Assembly (NCBI RefSeq): GCF_001949145.1
Contig: NW_019091356.1
Coordinates: 3,702,934 to 3,766,933 of the forward strand
Length of the DNA stretch: 64,000 nt
Direction of reading: 5' to 3'
Source of the DNA: Acanthaster planci
Taxonomy: Eukaryota
In this document: positions 1 to 13,700 of the stretch, piece after piece
Position numbering within the stretch: position 1 is the first letter of the stretch
Layout: every line of letters begins with the position of its first letter
The notes under the pieces: model-generated
Seen by the model: only the letters and a program-made list of their open reading frames with translations
What the model was told of the DNA's origin: nothing
Databases searched by the model: none
Translations under genes and position numbers: made by a program

Positions 1-808
1 CACCGGTGCCAGGAAACTATTCCCAGACGGAGCCTAGTGCAATTGGGACCAGCTAGAGTGGACTGCTTTTGGGTCATGGATCGGATGATCACATGTACAT
101 GTGCATGTACCGGTACATGGACCTGGTCAGTCGTAATTAATGTTTGTCATTTTAATTCGAAAATTAAAAAAAAAACACACACACAAAAAAACATTTACAG
201 CAAACCTCCAAAATCCAAAGGAGATGTAGAGTTACACGTACCGGTACTTGTTCTGCCAGCTTCACTCTCAACTAATTTTAGGGCAACTGGCGTCCCAACT
301 AAGCTTCAGTGTACATATCCTTGCCTTCATTTGGTGATCTCCTATTGTCTTCACCGAAGTGGAGGGTCGATAGCCTCCAATCTAACCAAAAACTGATTCA
401 ATTTTTGTCCATAATCATTTCCTGTATTTATTCTGTTACTGATGACCTTTTTACATGAAGTACTGGATTACATCAATTGTTCCATTCTTAATGTGCGTGC
501 GGTGTCTCTACCCAATATTTTTGGTGGCTTTTTTTTCTACGGTACCTTTACTCATTTCCTGAGCCACGAGATTGCGAACAGGCGGACGTTCGGGTGGGTT
601 CCTTTCTTTCAGGCTTCCTGTATGCCCAAGGTCTCCGGTATATACTGCACAAGAAGTAAACTGAACATGAGTTAATAAGGCCAAACAATTGTAGAATTCT
701 CACAATCACATGCAGAAGTCATTTCTCTTCTGTTTGAAACCTGTCCTGATTTGTGAGTTCCAAGAAATGGTCTTGATGACGAAATCTTGTAACTTAAAAA
801 GCAGAAGA

Positions 809-906
809 TTGGAACCTGAAGTCTTAATCTCAAGTGCTGTTTGGAACCTGAAGTCTTAATCTCAAGTGCTGTTTGGAACCTGAAGTCTTAATCTCAAGTG
901 CTGTTT
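809..906. repeat. Minisatellite, 32 bp x 3 perfect copies
   Basis: TTGGAACCTGAAGTCTTAATCTCAAGTGCTGT at 809, 841 and 873. Confidence 0.95.
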
Positions 907-1516
907 ATTGGTGTGAATGTGGGTCTTTTTCAGTAGTGCTTACACTTGAGAGTGTGTGCTTTTGACGTCTGTGTCGTAGTTGACGTTTCCTCCTTGTCTC
1001 TCCATTGCTGTTGTGTTTTATCAATATGAGGAAATGTTTTTTCAGCGAGAACAACGTCTGTTTCCTTGGATTTGGTATTTATCAGTGTCCCAATGGCTGC
1101 TTAGAAAGATTCATCCTTAACTTGAAATTAATCACTGATGACATTGTCGTGTGGAGAATTGTTGGTGATGCACGACCTCTGCATAATTGTGACGTCTTTG
1201 AGCATGACGACAGCAAAGGTCAGTGCCACGCGATACTACCAAACGACCAAACCTTAAACCTGCATTAGTCCATCTGGTTACAGGATGTCCCAGTAGACAT
1301 GAGAAAAAAAAATTGAATGGGTCAAGTCCCATGATGACAAATCTGGTTCAAGTAAACACAGTCTCTGATCACTCAGTAGTGGATGAGTGAACAGAGAGTC
1401 TGAAGTCCATGGGGTCTAGAATGAGCACTGCAGGGGTGCATAGACTCTGTTAGGTTGTAGATTGAAGGTGGTAAATGCAGAAGGATGGTGGGCAGGACTT
1501 GAAGGAAGAGTGGGCG

Positions 1517-1847
1517 NNNNNNNNNNNNNNNNNNNNNNNNNNNNNNNNNNNNNNNNNNNNNNNNNNNNNNNNNNNNNNNNNNNNNNNNNNNNNNNNNNNN
1601 NNNNNNNNNNNNNNNNNNNNNNNNNNNNNNNNNNNNNNNNNNNNNNNNNNNNNNNNNNNNNNNNNNNNNNNNNNNNNNNNNNNNNNNNNNNNNNNNNNNN
1701 NNNNNNNNNNNNNNNNNNNNNNNNNNNNNNNNNNNNNNNNNNNNNNNNNNNNNNNNNNNNNNNNNNNNNNNNNNNNNNNNNNNNNNNNNNNNNNNNNNNN
1801 NNNNNNNNNNNNNNNNNNNNNNNNNNNNNNNNNNNNNNNNNNNNNNN
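1517..1847. other. Assembly gap (331 N)
   Basis: Run of n; right edge reads GGGGGTTAGGGTTA. Confidence 0.99.
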
Positions 1848-4800
1848 NGGGGTTAGGGTTAAAGCATACATAACATGTCATGCTGTATGAATTGACAGCA
1901 GATACATTTTTATTAACACAAATGTGCTGACCTTACATACTGGCACCTCGTGTGGGCTTGTGAACAAAAGATGTGCACAGGATGCAGGAAGGGAACACGT
2001 TCTGTGGACTCACCCACTCACGTCTGTGGGACGGTTCCCCTTCTCTGAGGAAGAAGTTTAGAGGCATATTGGGGTAGGGGTCATCCATCATAAATGCAAG
2101 CGGAACAGTCAAGGAAATCTTTTACAGAAATCCAGCTGGGAATGGTGTTTCAAGTCCAAGAAAAATTTGTATTTTCACTGAGTTTTCTTAAATGCACGAA
2201 AACAAAGGAATGTCCTTTCTGGGTATGTGATGGAAGTATTTTTGTACCGTCATGTGTTCTTTGTACTTAAACGTGTCAGAAAATACGTGTATCTGACAGC
2301 ATACGGGGCCTGCTGGTTTTGCACAAAACATCTGGATTAGTGGTCCCAATGCTGGTTGGTTCCATCCATGAAGCGGGTTCTTGTGACGACAGTGAACCAA
2401 CAACAGATCTGTGATCAAGACTTGGATCTGTGCAAAACAAGCAGGCCCACGGTCATTGTGGCTTGTTTTCCTGTGAAGCTGGAAGTGGCATAGGTTAGAA
2501 CTGACCACACCCACTCCATTAAATTTGCCGTTCGATCAAGTTGTTAGATTTCCCCGAAAAGTAAAAATGATCCCTTTTTTTCGTGGACATTTGGTGATGT
2601 ACGCTTGTAGTCTTTCCATGAATTTTATTTATGGTGGGAATTTTGTTTTATATTGAGAACGCGACCACTTGGTAAGAATCTGAAGTACCAGTCTTGGCAT
2701 ATGCTGCCCCACAGGTGCTGGGCTCCAGGGAGACTGGGAACTAGACATCCACCTCCACACTTGACCTTTTGACGACCTGGCACATTCCATTTAGTGTCTC
2801 TGTGTAAGAGTCTGGTCATGTGACCATTTGACCCAGACAGATGATTCTGCCTGCATCAGGGACCATCTTCCAGTCACACAAAATACCAGTTCTTTGGATT
2901 TGATTCATTTGCATCAAAACACAGACATCTACAGGTACAGTCCTGACTGTGACATGTGTACGTGTACAATATTCATACTCCTTGTATAGGTTCATAAAGT
3001 TTGACATAAGTTCTCAGTTGTTTCTCAGCTTCACGCCGAAACCCTGATTTTTCTGAATCAATAAAGGGAAAGTCTGGTGCCAAGCAATGTTGTGTCACTT
3101 CACCAACTTCTTTTCTGGTGTCATTGAGAAAGTGGTGTACGTGACCTCCCAAACAAAGCAAACCCTTAAGTGTCATGCCCAGTACCTGTACAGCACTGTT
3201 TTTGTAGGGGTACGCTCTATCATGACACACCATAACCTGAGTATCAGCATGCCCGGTGGCCTTGAGACAGATTTTTTATCCTTTCTGTGTGGTTTATTTA
3301 TATCTCTCCTGAGCTGTCCCCAATGCACTGATTAGGAAAGCTAAAACTAGGTTGGTATTTAGCAGGATTGCACCATTATGGTCTCCGGGGAATTAAGCTG
3401 CAAATCATCAATACCATATTGCTGTGATATTTAGCGGCCTTCATTTTATGACATTTTGTGACCAATGACTAATGCCATGTTCCTTCTTGTAAAGATACTT
3501 TCCATTTTGAGTCGGAGATCTGTTAATTGTTGAATAACCAGGCTCTATATTTTTTCTCTTGCCAGTTTGAGAATATCAAATGTTTTGAACATGGTAGTGA
3601 TTCTGGTATTGTAACAGGGTATTGTATTGAGGCATTTTTTTTGTGTCTTATGTGTACACTGTAGTTATATTGGGAAATTTACATTTACAATTATGTTTGA
3701 TTGGTTGACATGCGAGTCTATGATAGAACACTCCAAAGTCAACATGACTTGTTCCAATTTTCTAAACAGAGACTTACACACAATTTGCTTTTGCCTTCTG
3801 AAACAAAATTCTCCTGAATATGGAACAGACTTTTCTCCAAAAATCTGTCCACCCCTGTCCGCAAGACCCTTTCAAGTTTATGGCGGAATCCATGATCATA
3901 TAACCACAGCTCATATAACCACAAGAAAAGGTCTCAAAATTATGACTCTCCTGTACGTGTATGCCTGTGTATCTACACTTAAAACATTGTATTTCCTAGA
4001 TCAATCAATTGTCCCTCGTTAAAAATGAGTAAAAAAGGAGATCCATGAAGATAAGGAAGGATTCCGAAACTGCCCTGAGCAGAGCTGGACTGGACCCTGG
4101 CTAAAACCCCTCTAGGATTATATAATCAATCACCTGGGATCCCACACTGGGAGGTAGGTATGAGCAGAGGTATGAACAGAACCAGAGCAACTCTCTGCTG
4201 GGAGCGACCTAGAAAAACTAAGAAAGTCTCTCAATTATTCCTGCGCTGTGGGTTGCAGTGTTTGGTGTTCATCACCGATGTACCATAATGTACCATCCTG
4301 TACATGCACAGTCGATCTGCTTCATGCAGTGAATGGACCTTTGATCTCACGAATTTATCTTCAATCAGATTCAGGTCGTTTTGGCCTGTTTAAATCTGTG
4401 TTGTCTGCAAAATCTAGCAGGATTCAACAGGGCCAACAGAAGATGTTCTGTTCACTTGTCACTGTTATGACTACCAAGATTCCGGTTGAAATTTGGATTC
4501 AGGGAGGCTGGTATGCATGGCCATGTCTGAAACCTTTAGCCATGGCAAGGAAAGACACAGGGCCTCTGTGGAATCCCCGGCTAGGGGCTGCGGCTGCGGC
4601 TGCTTCCCATAGATGTGTGTGATAGCCAGCCTTAGCCAAATCATGTTGCCGCTTTAATTTGTGAGGTAAGTTTTGGATGGTGAAATATCATGAAGAAGTG
4701 TCACCAAAAGAAACAAACAAAGAAGATAAAAAAAACCTGGATGTTCCTTCGAATCTGAAAGCAAATACTCTATAAATACTATCGCAAGGAAGTTACCGTG

Positions 4801-6513
4801 ATTTGTTTGTTTCATGTGACGGAGCACTCGGGCCTCGTAACATTCATTTCTGTATTACAGAAACTGTTGTAAACAATTCGCTGACGGTTGTACAGCGAAC
4901 GGAAATATGCAAATCAACAAAATTAGAGGGCCAATCCTAGCACAATCTTCTTGGGGAAAGAATCTGCTTGGATCGAAACGTCTTTGAGAAATATCTGACG
5001 AGGATCGAAACTTCAGGCCCTCTGACTTGTTGGCTTTTCTGTTGATTGAACAGTGACATGCGACCTTGTTTGGCTTGCAGAAAAGATCAATTCAAGTGGC
5101 ATACAAGTACATGTACATCATGGAGAATTTTCCCAGCTGTGTCTTAAGATGCAAGAACTGCATCTTTAAGAGCCGAAGACCTCTCATGAATTGATAGCGT
5201 GGTTACAGGTGGTGTTGACGATGTACCGATAGTGATTATTTATTGATAAAAGATTATTACTTCAATGACAAGGAGGAAAATGGCACTAAGAACGATCATG
5301 TTTATAGCATCGATGATAATGATGGTGATTTGAAAATGCTGATGATGCTGAAGATGTGACTGGTTATAACAAATCGATATGAATAAGTACTTTTATGCAA
5401 ATGACCAGTCTGTAAAATTTCCAGCCGTCAATTCATTCATCCTAGTCAGTCTCTCAATGAATCTCGGTCACCCTGTGGAGCGCCCAATCAGAGCCCGGCA
5501 GGGCACAAATCAGAAGCAACCCAGCTCCAAGCTTATCAAACATCCCAGAACATGACTAAAGTGCTCAACAAGGCCACTGTCGTGTGTCCAGGGGCAAGAT
5601 GATGGCTCATCTTTGAAGCTTTTTGTATTGCTATCTCTGTTTGAATGAGTTACGGTGCATGCAAAAACTCTTGGCTGAAGAGAAAGTGAATTTTTGCAAA
5701 CAAGACTAATTGATTCTCTTCAAAATGAAAAGCTTGATTCGTTTTTCATTCTTGCAAATCAGTGCTGAATTCTGAGTTTGTTGTTCAGTGAAAATGTCTA
5801 TGCATGTGGTCTTTTCAATTTCCAGAAGTTCAATAACGTGGATTTTTGTGAAAAAAAAAAGCAAATGTGAACAAGTACAGTATTTGTTTTGCAGGAAATT
5901 GTTTAGGGCTGCGGTGTGAAATGAGGGCAAACCCCATTACATGAATCATCAAGATTAAATGGACTGATTTCTGTCGAATGTTTGAATGGCAAGGTTTCTA
6001 CGAAAAAGGAGCAATATTTGTTTTATGAATCAACACCCCCTAGGACCTAACACCTCTGCACACAGGGGGGGCTTCAAGCTTAGTCATCTTAAAGTGATGT
6101 CAGCAGAGGGCGGTATGCCGTGGAGCCATCTGGCTTTTGCAAAGGGGGCAGTGAGAAGAGCAAGTGAGCCCTCTTGTGGTCAGCTACTGCAAGTGACCCT
6201 ACATAGACAATGACAATTAAAATGTTGAGGTGCAGACAGGATGTGTTTCAGGTTTCCTTTGCTGGAAATGTGCGAGTACTTTTCAAAGAATTGTCAACCA
6301 CGTGATAAACGGGGAACATGTTTGTGCTCCACAGTTTTGTCTGTTTTTTTGGCTGCCACAAACCGCAAAACGCACAAATTCATGCAAGTTACTGTGCATG
6401 GAAATGTTTGGCTGAAACCCCAAGCATCACATGGAAAAAAGTACCCAAGGAGGACATGACAGGAAGGGGGTGGAGCAAACCTATTTGGGGAGGGAAGACA
6501 GACAATATAAGGA

Positions 6514-6682
6514 GGGGTGAGATTTCTCAGCTTTTCCGCTGACTTCAGGTTTTTTTGTTTGGGATTTCAGCTTTTTTTCCTCTCTGGCAGTGTACAAAAG
6601 TACAGGAGATTTTCACAGTTCAGCTTCTTAATCCTGTTTATGCCTTTTTCAGCTGTTTTTATCATTGGTCAATCCCATCCCG
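6514..6682. mobile_element. Possible decayed hAT-like MITE
   Basis: Imperfect TIR GGGGTGAGATT/AATCCCATCCC, internal TTTCAGC subrepeats, weak target-site duplication (TSD) ATAAG.. Confidence 0.35.
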
Positions 6683-7406
6683 ATAAGAAAGTACATACCA
6701 GTATGCTGTATTTGTATAGATCTGTATAAAATGGCTGTACTGCTGTGGCAGATGCTAAGTTACTGTACAAGTGAGAGGTCATTCAGAAGGTCAGAGTTTG
6801 GGAAGGTGTGTAGTAGAAAAAGATGGGGAACTCATGAAACCCAGATGATTGGAGCAAGTCGAGAGGGGGGTAGGTTGAGGGGAAATCCCTGTCTAGACTG
6901 ATTTTGCGGTCAGATGTGTTGGTTTCTATTTTCCCACACGTGAACCTGAGTAGAAAGGTCACATCTTCATCACCAGTTTCCCTCCTTTCATAGGCTTGAC
7001 ACTGTGATAATGTTGCAGTTAAATACCGGCATCTGGGACCTTTGACCTTCTTTGTCATACATGTACTTCAGCAATCCTAGAGCATTTTCGGATGGCGTGG
7101 AATGTTGGCCACTTCCATCATACTGTGCAGCAGCTTTGTTTCCAAACACGTGGATCTTTCATTGGCATCATTCCACGAGTCTGGCTTTCACATCCTGACC
7201 AAACACTGTTTACCTTTGCCTTTGATCTCTCACACATCAAAAGGAATTTGAAAAATCAACACCATCTGATGGTGAGACAGAGTTGATCTAGCGTGCAGTA
7301 TGATGCACTGCATGAGTTGCTCCGAGACGAGCCAGTTTTGTTATATTTTGATGACCATTTGCATTTAATGAAAATTCCATCAAATTTATCCTTTCTGTGC
7401 CCATGG

Positions 7407-7737
7407 ATAATAATAATTACAACATTTGTAATGTGCTTTCCACAACGTTTCAAAGTGCCATTATTACCCCTGCACATTGGGCTCACACGTTTATGAATAT
7501 TCCTGAAACCATCTCAGCTCCCTGGGGAGTATACGAGCCCAGAGCTGCCATTTGGTCGCAAACGGCTAAACATAACCGTGTCTGCCCTCACAGGTACCCA
7601 TTCACTCCTGGGTGGAGAGAGGCACTTGAGGTAAAGTGACTTACCCAAGATCACAACATGCTGCCACCAGCTGGATTCGAACCCCTGATCCTGTGATCAG
7701 AAGTTACAAACCCCTAACCACTAGGCCACAAGCCTCC
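7407..7737 (-). mobile_element. tRNA-derived SINE, near full length
   Basis: Minus-strand head GGAGGCTTGTGGCCTAGTGGTTAG (A box)...GGGTTCGAATCC (B box). Typical invertebrate SINE body (AAAGTGACTTACCCAAG, CAGGTACCCATTCACTCCTGGGTGGAGAG on +) and a (TTA)n tail at ~7407. Confidence 0.8.
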
Positions 7738-10700
7738 TACAAATGGCTGAGCTTTAGTGTTTCCCTTTTCAGTCTTCATTCTATCCCCCCGTATTTATGG
7801 GGAAAAAATGGACATTCAAGTATCTAAATGGCTTCCAAGCTGCAAAAATAAAAACTTTTTTCACTACAAGCAATGGAGATCTGCGCTAACCCGTCTATTG
7901 AGAGACAGGAATTCTGCCTTAAGTTGAAAGTCACTTTGTGTTCTGTTTTTTTTTTAAATTAAAGATTAGAGTATGCACCGTTAATAAAAGCTGATTCGGC
8001 ACCATGTTTACTGTGGTGGACTTTCCACTTGACTTGGAGCAGGATACAGCAATGCTACTAATTTTAGAATTAGTTCGGTTTGGTTGGGACCCAGAACTAA
8101 CCACATTACCGCCACTGCAAAGAGTGGGATGACATCGCATTTTCTTGCCTTGAGGGGAGGATCCAGGTGATGAACTATGATGAATCCAAAGCGAATCAGC
8201 TTTATGAGGAAAACTTTGACCCTCAAGATTCTCTTGAGGATGAAGGAAGGTAGAGCCCAGCCACTGTTGTTTTTACATCTAGACATGATGCCACCGAACA
8301 AATAAATGACAAAGACAGTGCCATTGGTTTTCTGTACAGTGCAAGATTTTGGAGCAATCGGGAAGATTTTGACCAGCAATTGCCAAGAGATGAGGATTAA
8401 TCTACCATAATAGTTGATACCGTATTTTGTGAGATGGGCCAAGACGCTTTTTCTTTGTGGTTTGTATCAGGTTGGTAGAGGTATGAAATTGCCTTTGGTT
8501 TTGGGTCATTTGGGCTTCGTCCTTTATGGTGATTCGGGTCACTCCCTGACCAAATAGCCTGAGGAGGTTTACTCCCTCAAAATTCCACATTTTGACAGAT
8601 TAATTGCAGAGGTCAAGTCTCAAGAATTAGTGCTAGAATTAGTGGGCGGAGTAAAACATCAAACCTCCAGTCTTTGACACACTGAAGCAACAACATGCTC
8701 CTTGTTCAAGCAACTTCTTTTCTTTGAAGACCAGGCTTAAGGGATTACGTGTACGTTGGGAAGTTGGCAAGTACTGCAGAAGTTGGAAAGATAGTGCAGA
8801 TAGGAGACTGCTCATGCTACACTGCCATCTTGTCCACTTGAATGCATTCAGAGGACAATCTTACGTCTTAGGTAGCTTCTGGCTAGATATAGTTGTCTTG
8901 GCATTGCAGGCATGTGTAACTAAACAGTCTAGTGAACGATTTCTGAGAGAGCTTAAATCAGTTTCATTGTTGCAGTCCTCCAGAGTTCCTTGAGATCTTT
9001 TTTTTTTTAGCATACTTCAAGAAGACCACTCATTTTGTAGTTTCCCTCGCTTGGTCATGAGCAAATGACCTTGGCATAGACTGATTACTGAAGTAGATCC
9101 AAAGTACATGTATGGCACCCTGGGACTGTACTTTACTTTAAAGTATCGTCGTTCCCAAGGGGACCATCCATCTTGTGCAGATTTTCCAAAAACAGGAACT
9201 GGGAGGTTTTTTGAGTTATGGAATTTCATCCTAAAAGGTTGACTGCAAATTTCACACCGTGACGCTTGGTTCTAATTTTACAAAACCCACATAATTTGTA
9301 TTTTCCTTCGAAATACTTCGGGGATTTTGCAACGTGGAGATATGATCGATGGGAACCAGGAATCTGGGTCCCAAAACATGCCAGCGGTTGCAACATGATG
9401 CAGTGTTCTTCCTTTCTGTGGGCAGACATGATCCCGGACCAAGCACATGTTCAGCATCTATTGCTTCACAGCTTATCAGCTGATATGTATACATTTCAGT
9501 GTATTTCTGTTGGCTAATAAAATACGCTTGCGGGATATTTTTGGAATTCGGTTTTTGGAAAGAAATGGGTTTATCCCAGCCCAACTCCAAGTGCTAAATG
9601 CCCTCGTGATCAGTGGCGTTTTTATCTACATTCCCTCCCCCACAGAAAGTTGAAATTACCCTTAAGTGGGCGCCGACGCCTTTTGTCCGGGAACAAAAGT
9701 TACAGTGAGCGTAATCCAGGGAGAAATTCGCTGGGGGGTGGTTTCAGTTTTTGTAGGAAGTTGAGTCAAGAAATTCAATACAGCAATAATTCTTGAGTTG
9801 GGCTTTCAGTCGGGGCATATTGGTCTTTGAGGAATGCCCTCATAAAAGTAGCGTCAAGGGAACTTGATCTTTGGGAAGTTTCTCTTTGCCAGACACACAT
9901 AGTCGGGGAAAAAAAAGCGGGAAACTAATACTGTGCTATTATATTGAATACCGCACTGCACACAGCATTGCTGCCTTTGGTAATATATTTGGGAATGTGA
10001 AAAAAATAAATGGGTTAGCTTTATAGTGTTTCGTTGTAAATTATCTACAAATTATCTACCAGTAGTCACTGTTACAGTTAGAGTTAGGAGTTAATACAGT
10101 GATAAGGATTTTGCAGAGAATTTCCCATTCCAACAAAGATCATTAATAACATCTAATTTTTTCAGGGAAATGAGAGACATGGTTTTCAGTACCAACCTGA
10201 AAGGAATTAATTTTTTTCCATCACAAGATATAAGCGAGCTGGTAATAGCTATCGCCTCCACATCTGGAAATGAAATCACCTCGGAAACAATGTCCCGCAT
10301 CCACAAGGGAGAGACAGAGCAGTATACATTACAGCCCTTCTGTAAGGGGAGACTTTCTCTGGGATTATCAGGGCCTGGAGCAGGCTCTTCAAGCCAGGTC
10401 CTCAGGGGGTGAAAGGGATGAGCTAACACAGAACTAGCTGTTTGCCAGGGGCTCTTAATTTTTCTGTCATGTTGAGTGCATGCGTTCAGAGTGGAACCAA
10501 GTCAACTGTACCTATATACTCATGTGTTTGCGTGTAATAAGACTAGAAAGGGAACATTTATGTATTCACTGTAACGCAACTCCCGTAATTGTTACCCATT
10601 GCACATGTTATGGGTCACTTGCGTTGTGAAGGCAAGTTTACATGTCCCGGTAGGTGTCATATGGTCTGGCAATTTTTTTTTGGACTGTTCCTTTACATGT

Positions 10701-13700
10701 ATCATGAATATTTAATGAGAGCGCACGAGTGGATTTATGGGAAATATTCTGCAGTGCCAGGGGAAAAAAGGCAGATGTAACTTGTGCATCAGAAGTCCTG
10801 CTTGTGAAATCAGGTCTGATGTCAGTTCTACAGACATTCTGCAAAAAGAACAAAGAAAAACCAGTGCCCTGTAAGATTATGGTGCAGTTTACTATTGGAT
10901 GAAGCCTTAATTGATGCTAATTCCTCGTGCCCATCTTTCAAAACTGTGGGTGGTCATTAAAGATCTTGCCCTGTGCACAGTTCATGTATTTCATCCAGGC
11001 TTTGTCCACTGTGTAACTTCTGTGTCACATACATGTACATGTGTGCATGGGATTTGTTACTCATGACAAAAAGTTGCGTGTTCAGGACGAAAACATGGCC
11101 GAGTGTTGGGAGAATAATTGGAAAAGGAAGTGACTTAATTTCATTCTTCTTGGTCCGGAAGGGAGTCTACTTCTTGGCCATCAGCTCCAAAAGTTTTGTT
11201 CTCTACCGACATGGCTGAAAATTAATGGCCACAAGCCCCATTTGTTTTATAAATTCCAAGAGGCAACTTGCTTAATTTTGCTCATGAATCTGTTAGCTCA
11301 GCTGTCAATCAAGCAAATCGAAGAGACCAGAATCTTTATATTAAAAGTACATATGCATGAAGTATAGTTATTTTTTGTAGCTTACATGTACTTCATCAAA
11401 CATTTTTAAGTGTGAGAACAAAATACATATTGGCCTACATGAACATGTATGTCCATTTCTTTGAAGAAAAGGGAAGCTTGAAGCATAAGGGAGAAACAGT
11501 TTTTTTTTTCTTTTCAGGCAGCAACTGTGCCCCATCATCACTTCACACTTTCCCATCTACAAACAATTCTGAATGGACAGCCGGGAACCACCCTGGGGCT
11601 ATTGAGACAATTCCTTTACTCTATCCTGAGGGGAAAAAAAAACACCAGAAAATGATAATTTTCCAGTGGAGGGGGGGATAAGAGAGATCCGCCCCCAAAC
11701 TTCTGCAGCAGTAACATGACCATGTATAGCTATGCCAGGGTGTCTTTGTTCTAGGTATGTTGATAGAGTGTACATGTACGTGCCTGCAGGTTGAGACCTT
11801 TAATGCTGTGCACCCCGGGGGTTGAGCATGGAAAACAGGGCCTGGATTTTGCCAAGGAGTACATGTACACTTTCTTTGTTGTTGAGTCATATGCAGGGGC
11901 CCAATGTGGCTGTTCAGTGCCACAATGAAGGGTCTTTGTTTGCCGCAGTCCCTGTGGTGTCTGTGCTGTTTTGATGTGAATTGGGTCCACATGTGTTGTA
12001 CTAAGTACATTGATAGATGCCTGTCCTAACCTTTATTTTGTGCACAGCATGGTTGGTACCCTGCCCATCAAGGGTAATCCTTTAATTGTCCAGTGTGCCA
12101 GACCAAACAACAACATCATTGTGTGAAGTGACCGTGGCCATTAGAAGGGCGTTGGGAGAGAGCCATAAAGGATTACATTGTCCACTGTTGTTTCTCCAGG
12201 AGAACTTTACCTTTTAATCTGACAGCTGATTGGCAGGTAATGGCCATCGTCCCCCTGGGGGTTTGTGTATCAAGTTCACCTCCATTGACCAGGGTAGACC
12301 CAGCAGAGTTGTGGGGGCAGCACTTTGGGGTGGTAACTCTTGATTTTTGGATCCCTTGTGGAGGAGCTGATCTGAAGTGAGAAGTTGATTGTTACGCACC
12401 ATGTTTGGATTTACAAGGATCACCAGCCGCAGCTTTTGATGGAGCCAGAAATTCTGCCTGATCACTTTCTTGTAACAATTCACCAACAAGAAGACTTTTT
12501 TTCTGGCAACAGCGATCTGTTTGGGAATTCTGGTCCTCGTTCTTTTCTTCAAGAGGGGATGCCAGCACTCGTCAAGTTTGTGATTGCTCTTGTTGTTTGT
12601 GAGATGTTTTGTTTTTAGATTTTGTCATTTAGGAAATGACTCATTCTAGTGTTGCATCAATCCATCCTTTTGATCAGGAACTGAGGGCTTTTTTTTGGGT
12701 CAACTGCTCATAAATTTAGTAGCAGTGGTAATCTCTCGAACAAAGTTTCCAGAAACACATCCAAAAGCACACGATCCTCACTTTCAGTTTGCTTGAGGTT
12801 GTACCCAACTCTTCCTGGGCATGAGCTGAGAACTTTGCATGACTGATTTGTTTGAATTGACACCTTTTAATTTCAAAGACCGAAGGATCCTAGATAAACT
12901 GTTTGCTGTGCTTCATTTTTATGTATACCTTTGAGCAACTTAACCAGTCTTCAAAAGGCTAGCCTCCTGGAACTGATTTTCTTCTGTTGCGCACGTACAT
13001 GTATGTACGCTCTCCTTTTTCACATCAAGGCAGGTGTGCGCTTTGCCCAGGTGCCAGCAATATTTCTTATTGTAAAAGATTCAATTCATGGATTTACTGC
13101 AAAGCAGAACACCTTTTTATTGTTGCCACTGGGAAAGAGAAAAAAAAGATTTGTTATGATCGCCCGAGGGTGAAATACTACTTGTAGGGGGGACATGCAT
13201 GCCTAGGCTTTGCAGAACTTCTGAAGAGTTGGAATGAGTTGGCTGAACTTTTGTGGTTGTTTTATGTTTGGAAAAACATGTCAAACATTTATCGGTTGTT
13301 CCTGAGTAGCTGGCTCGAAGAGATGCTTTTGTTCAATAGCCATTTCATAATCGAAGCCCTTCCTTTCTGTGCCAGAAAAGGGAAAAAAAATGTGGCATTC
13401 GCTCAGGTGAGGTGTTACAATGGAGGACCGAATCATGAACAGTTGTGGATTAGAGCATGGAGGAAGGAGAATGGTTAAAGCAATGAAGGCTTACGTTGGC
13501 TTTGTTATGGACTGGCTTTCTTTCCATTGGTCGGGTTTTGCCAGCACTTCTCTGTGGCTAGTGGTTACATTCCAGCGGTTTTTCTTGTTCTCTCTTGTCC
13601 ACAGAAGCTTTTCTCTTCAAAGAAAGTTTTCTAAGTTCCCAAATTAATTAAGTCAAGTGCTCTTGGCTAAGAGCTTCGAAGATCCAGAGATGCGTTTGTT

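Noticed and set aside
1416..1890. ORFs spanning the N run
   Set aside because: Artefacts of translating through the assembly gap.
930..3335. Patchy minus-strand reading frames that might be a decayed gene or retroelement
   Set aside because: Interrupted by stops, and I recognise no domain; it would need a BLASTX/HMM search.
7931..8590. Overlapping minus-strand ORFs up to 144 aa
   Set aside because: No recognisable homology, splice structure or true start context.
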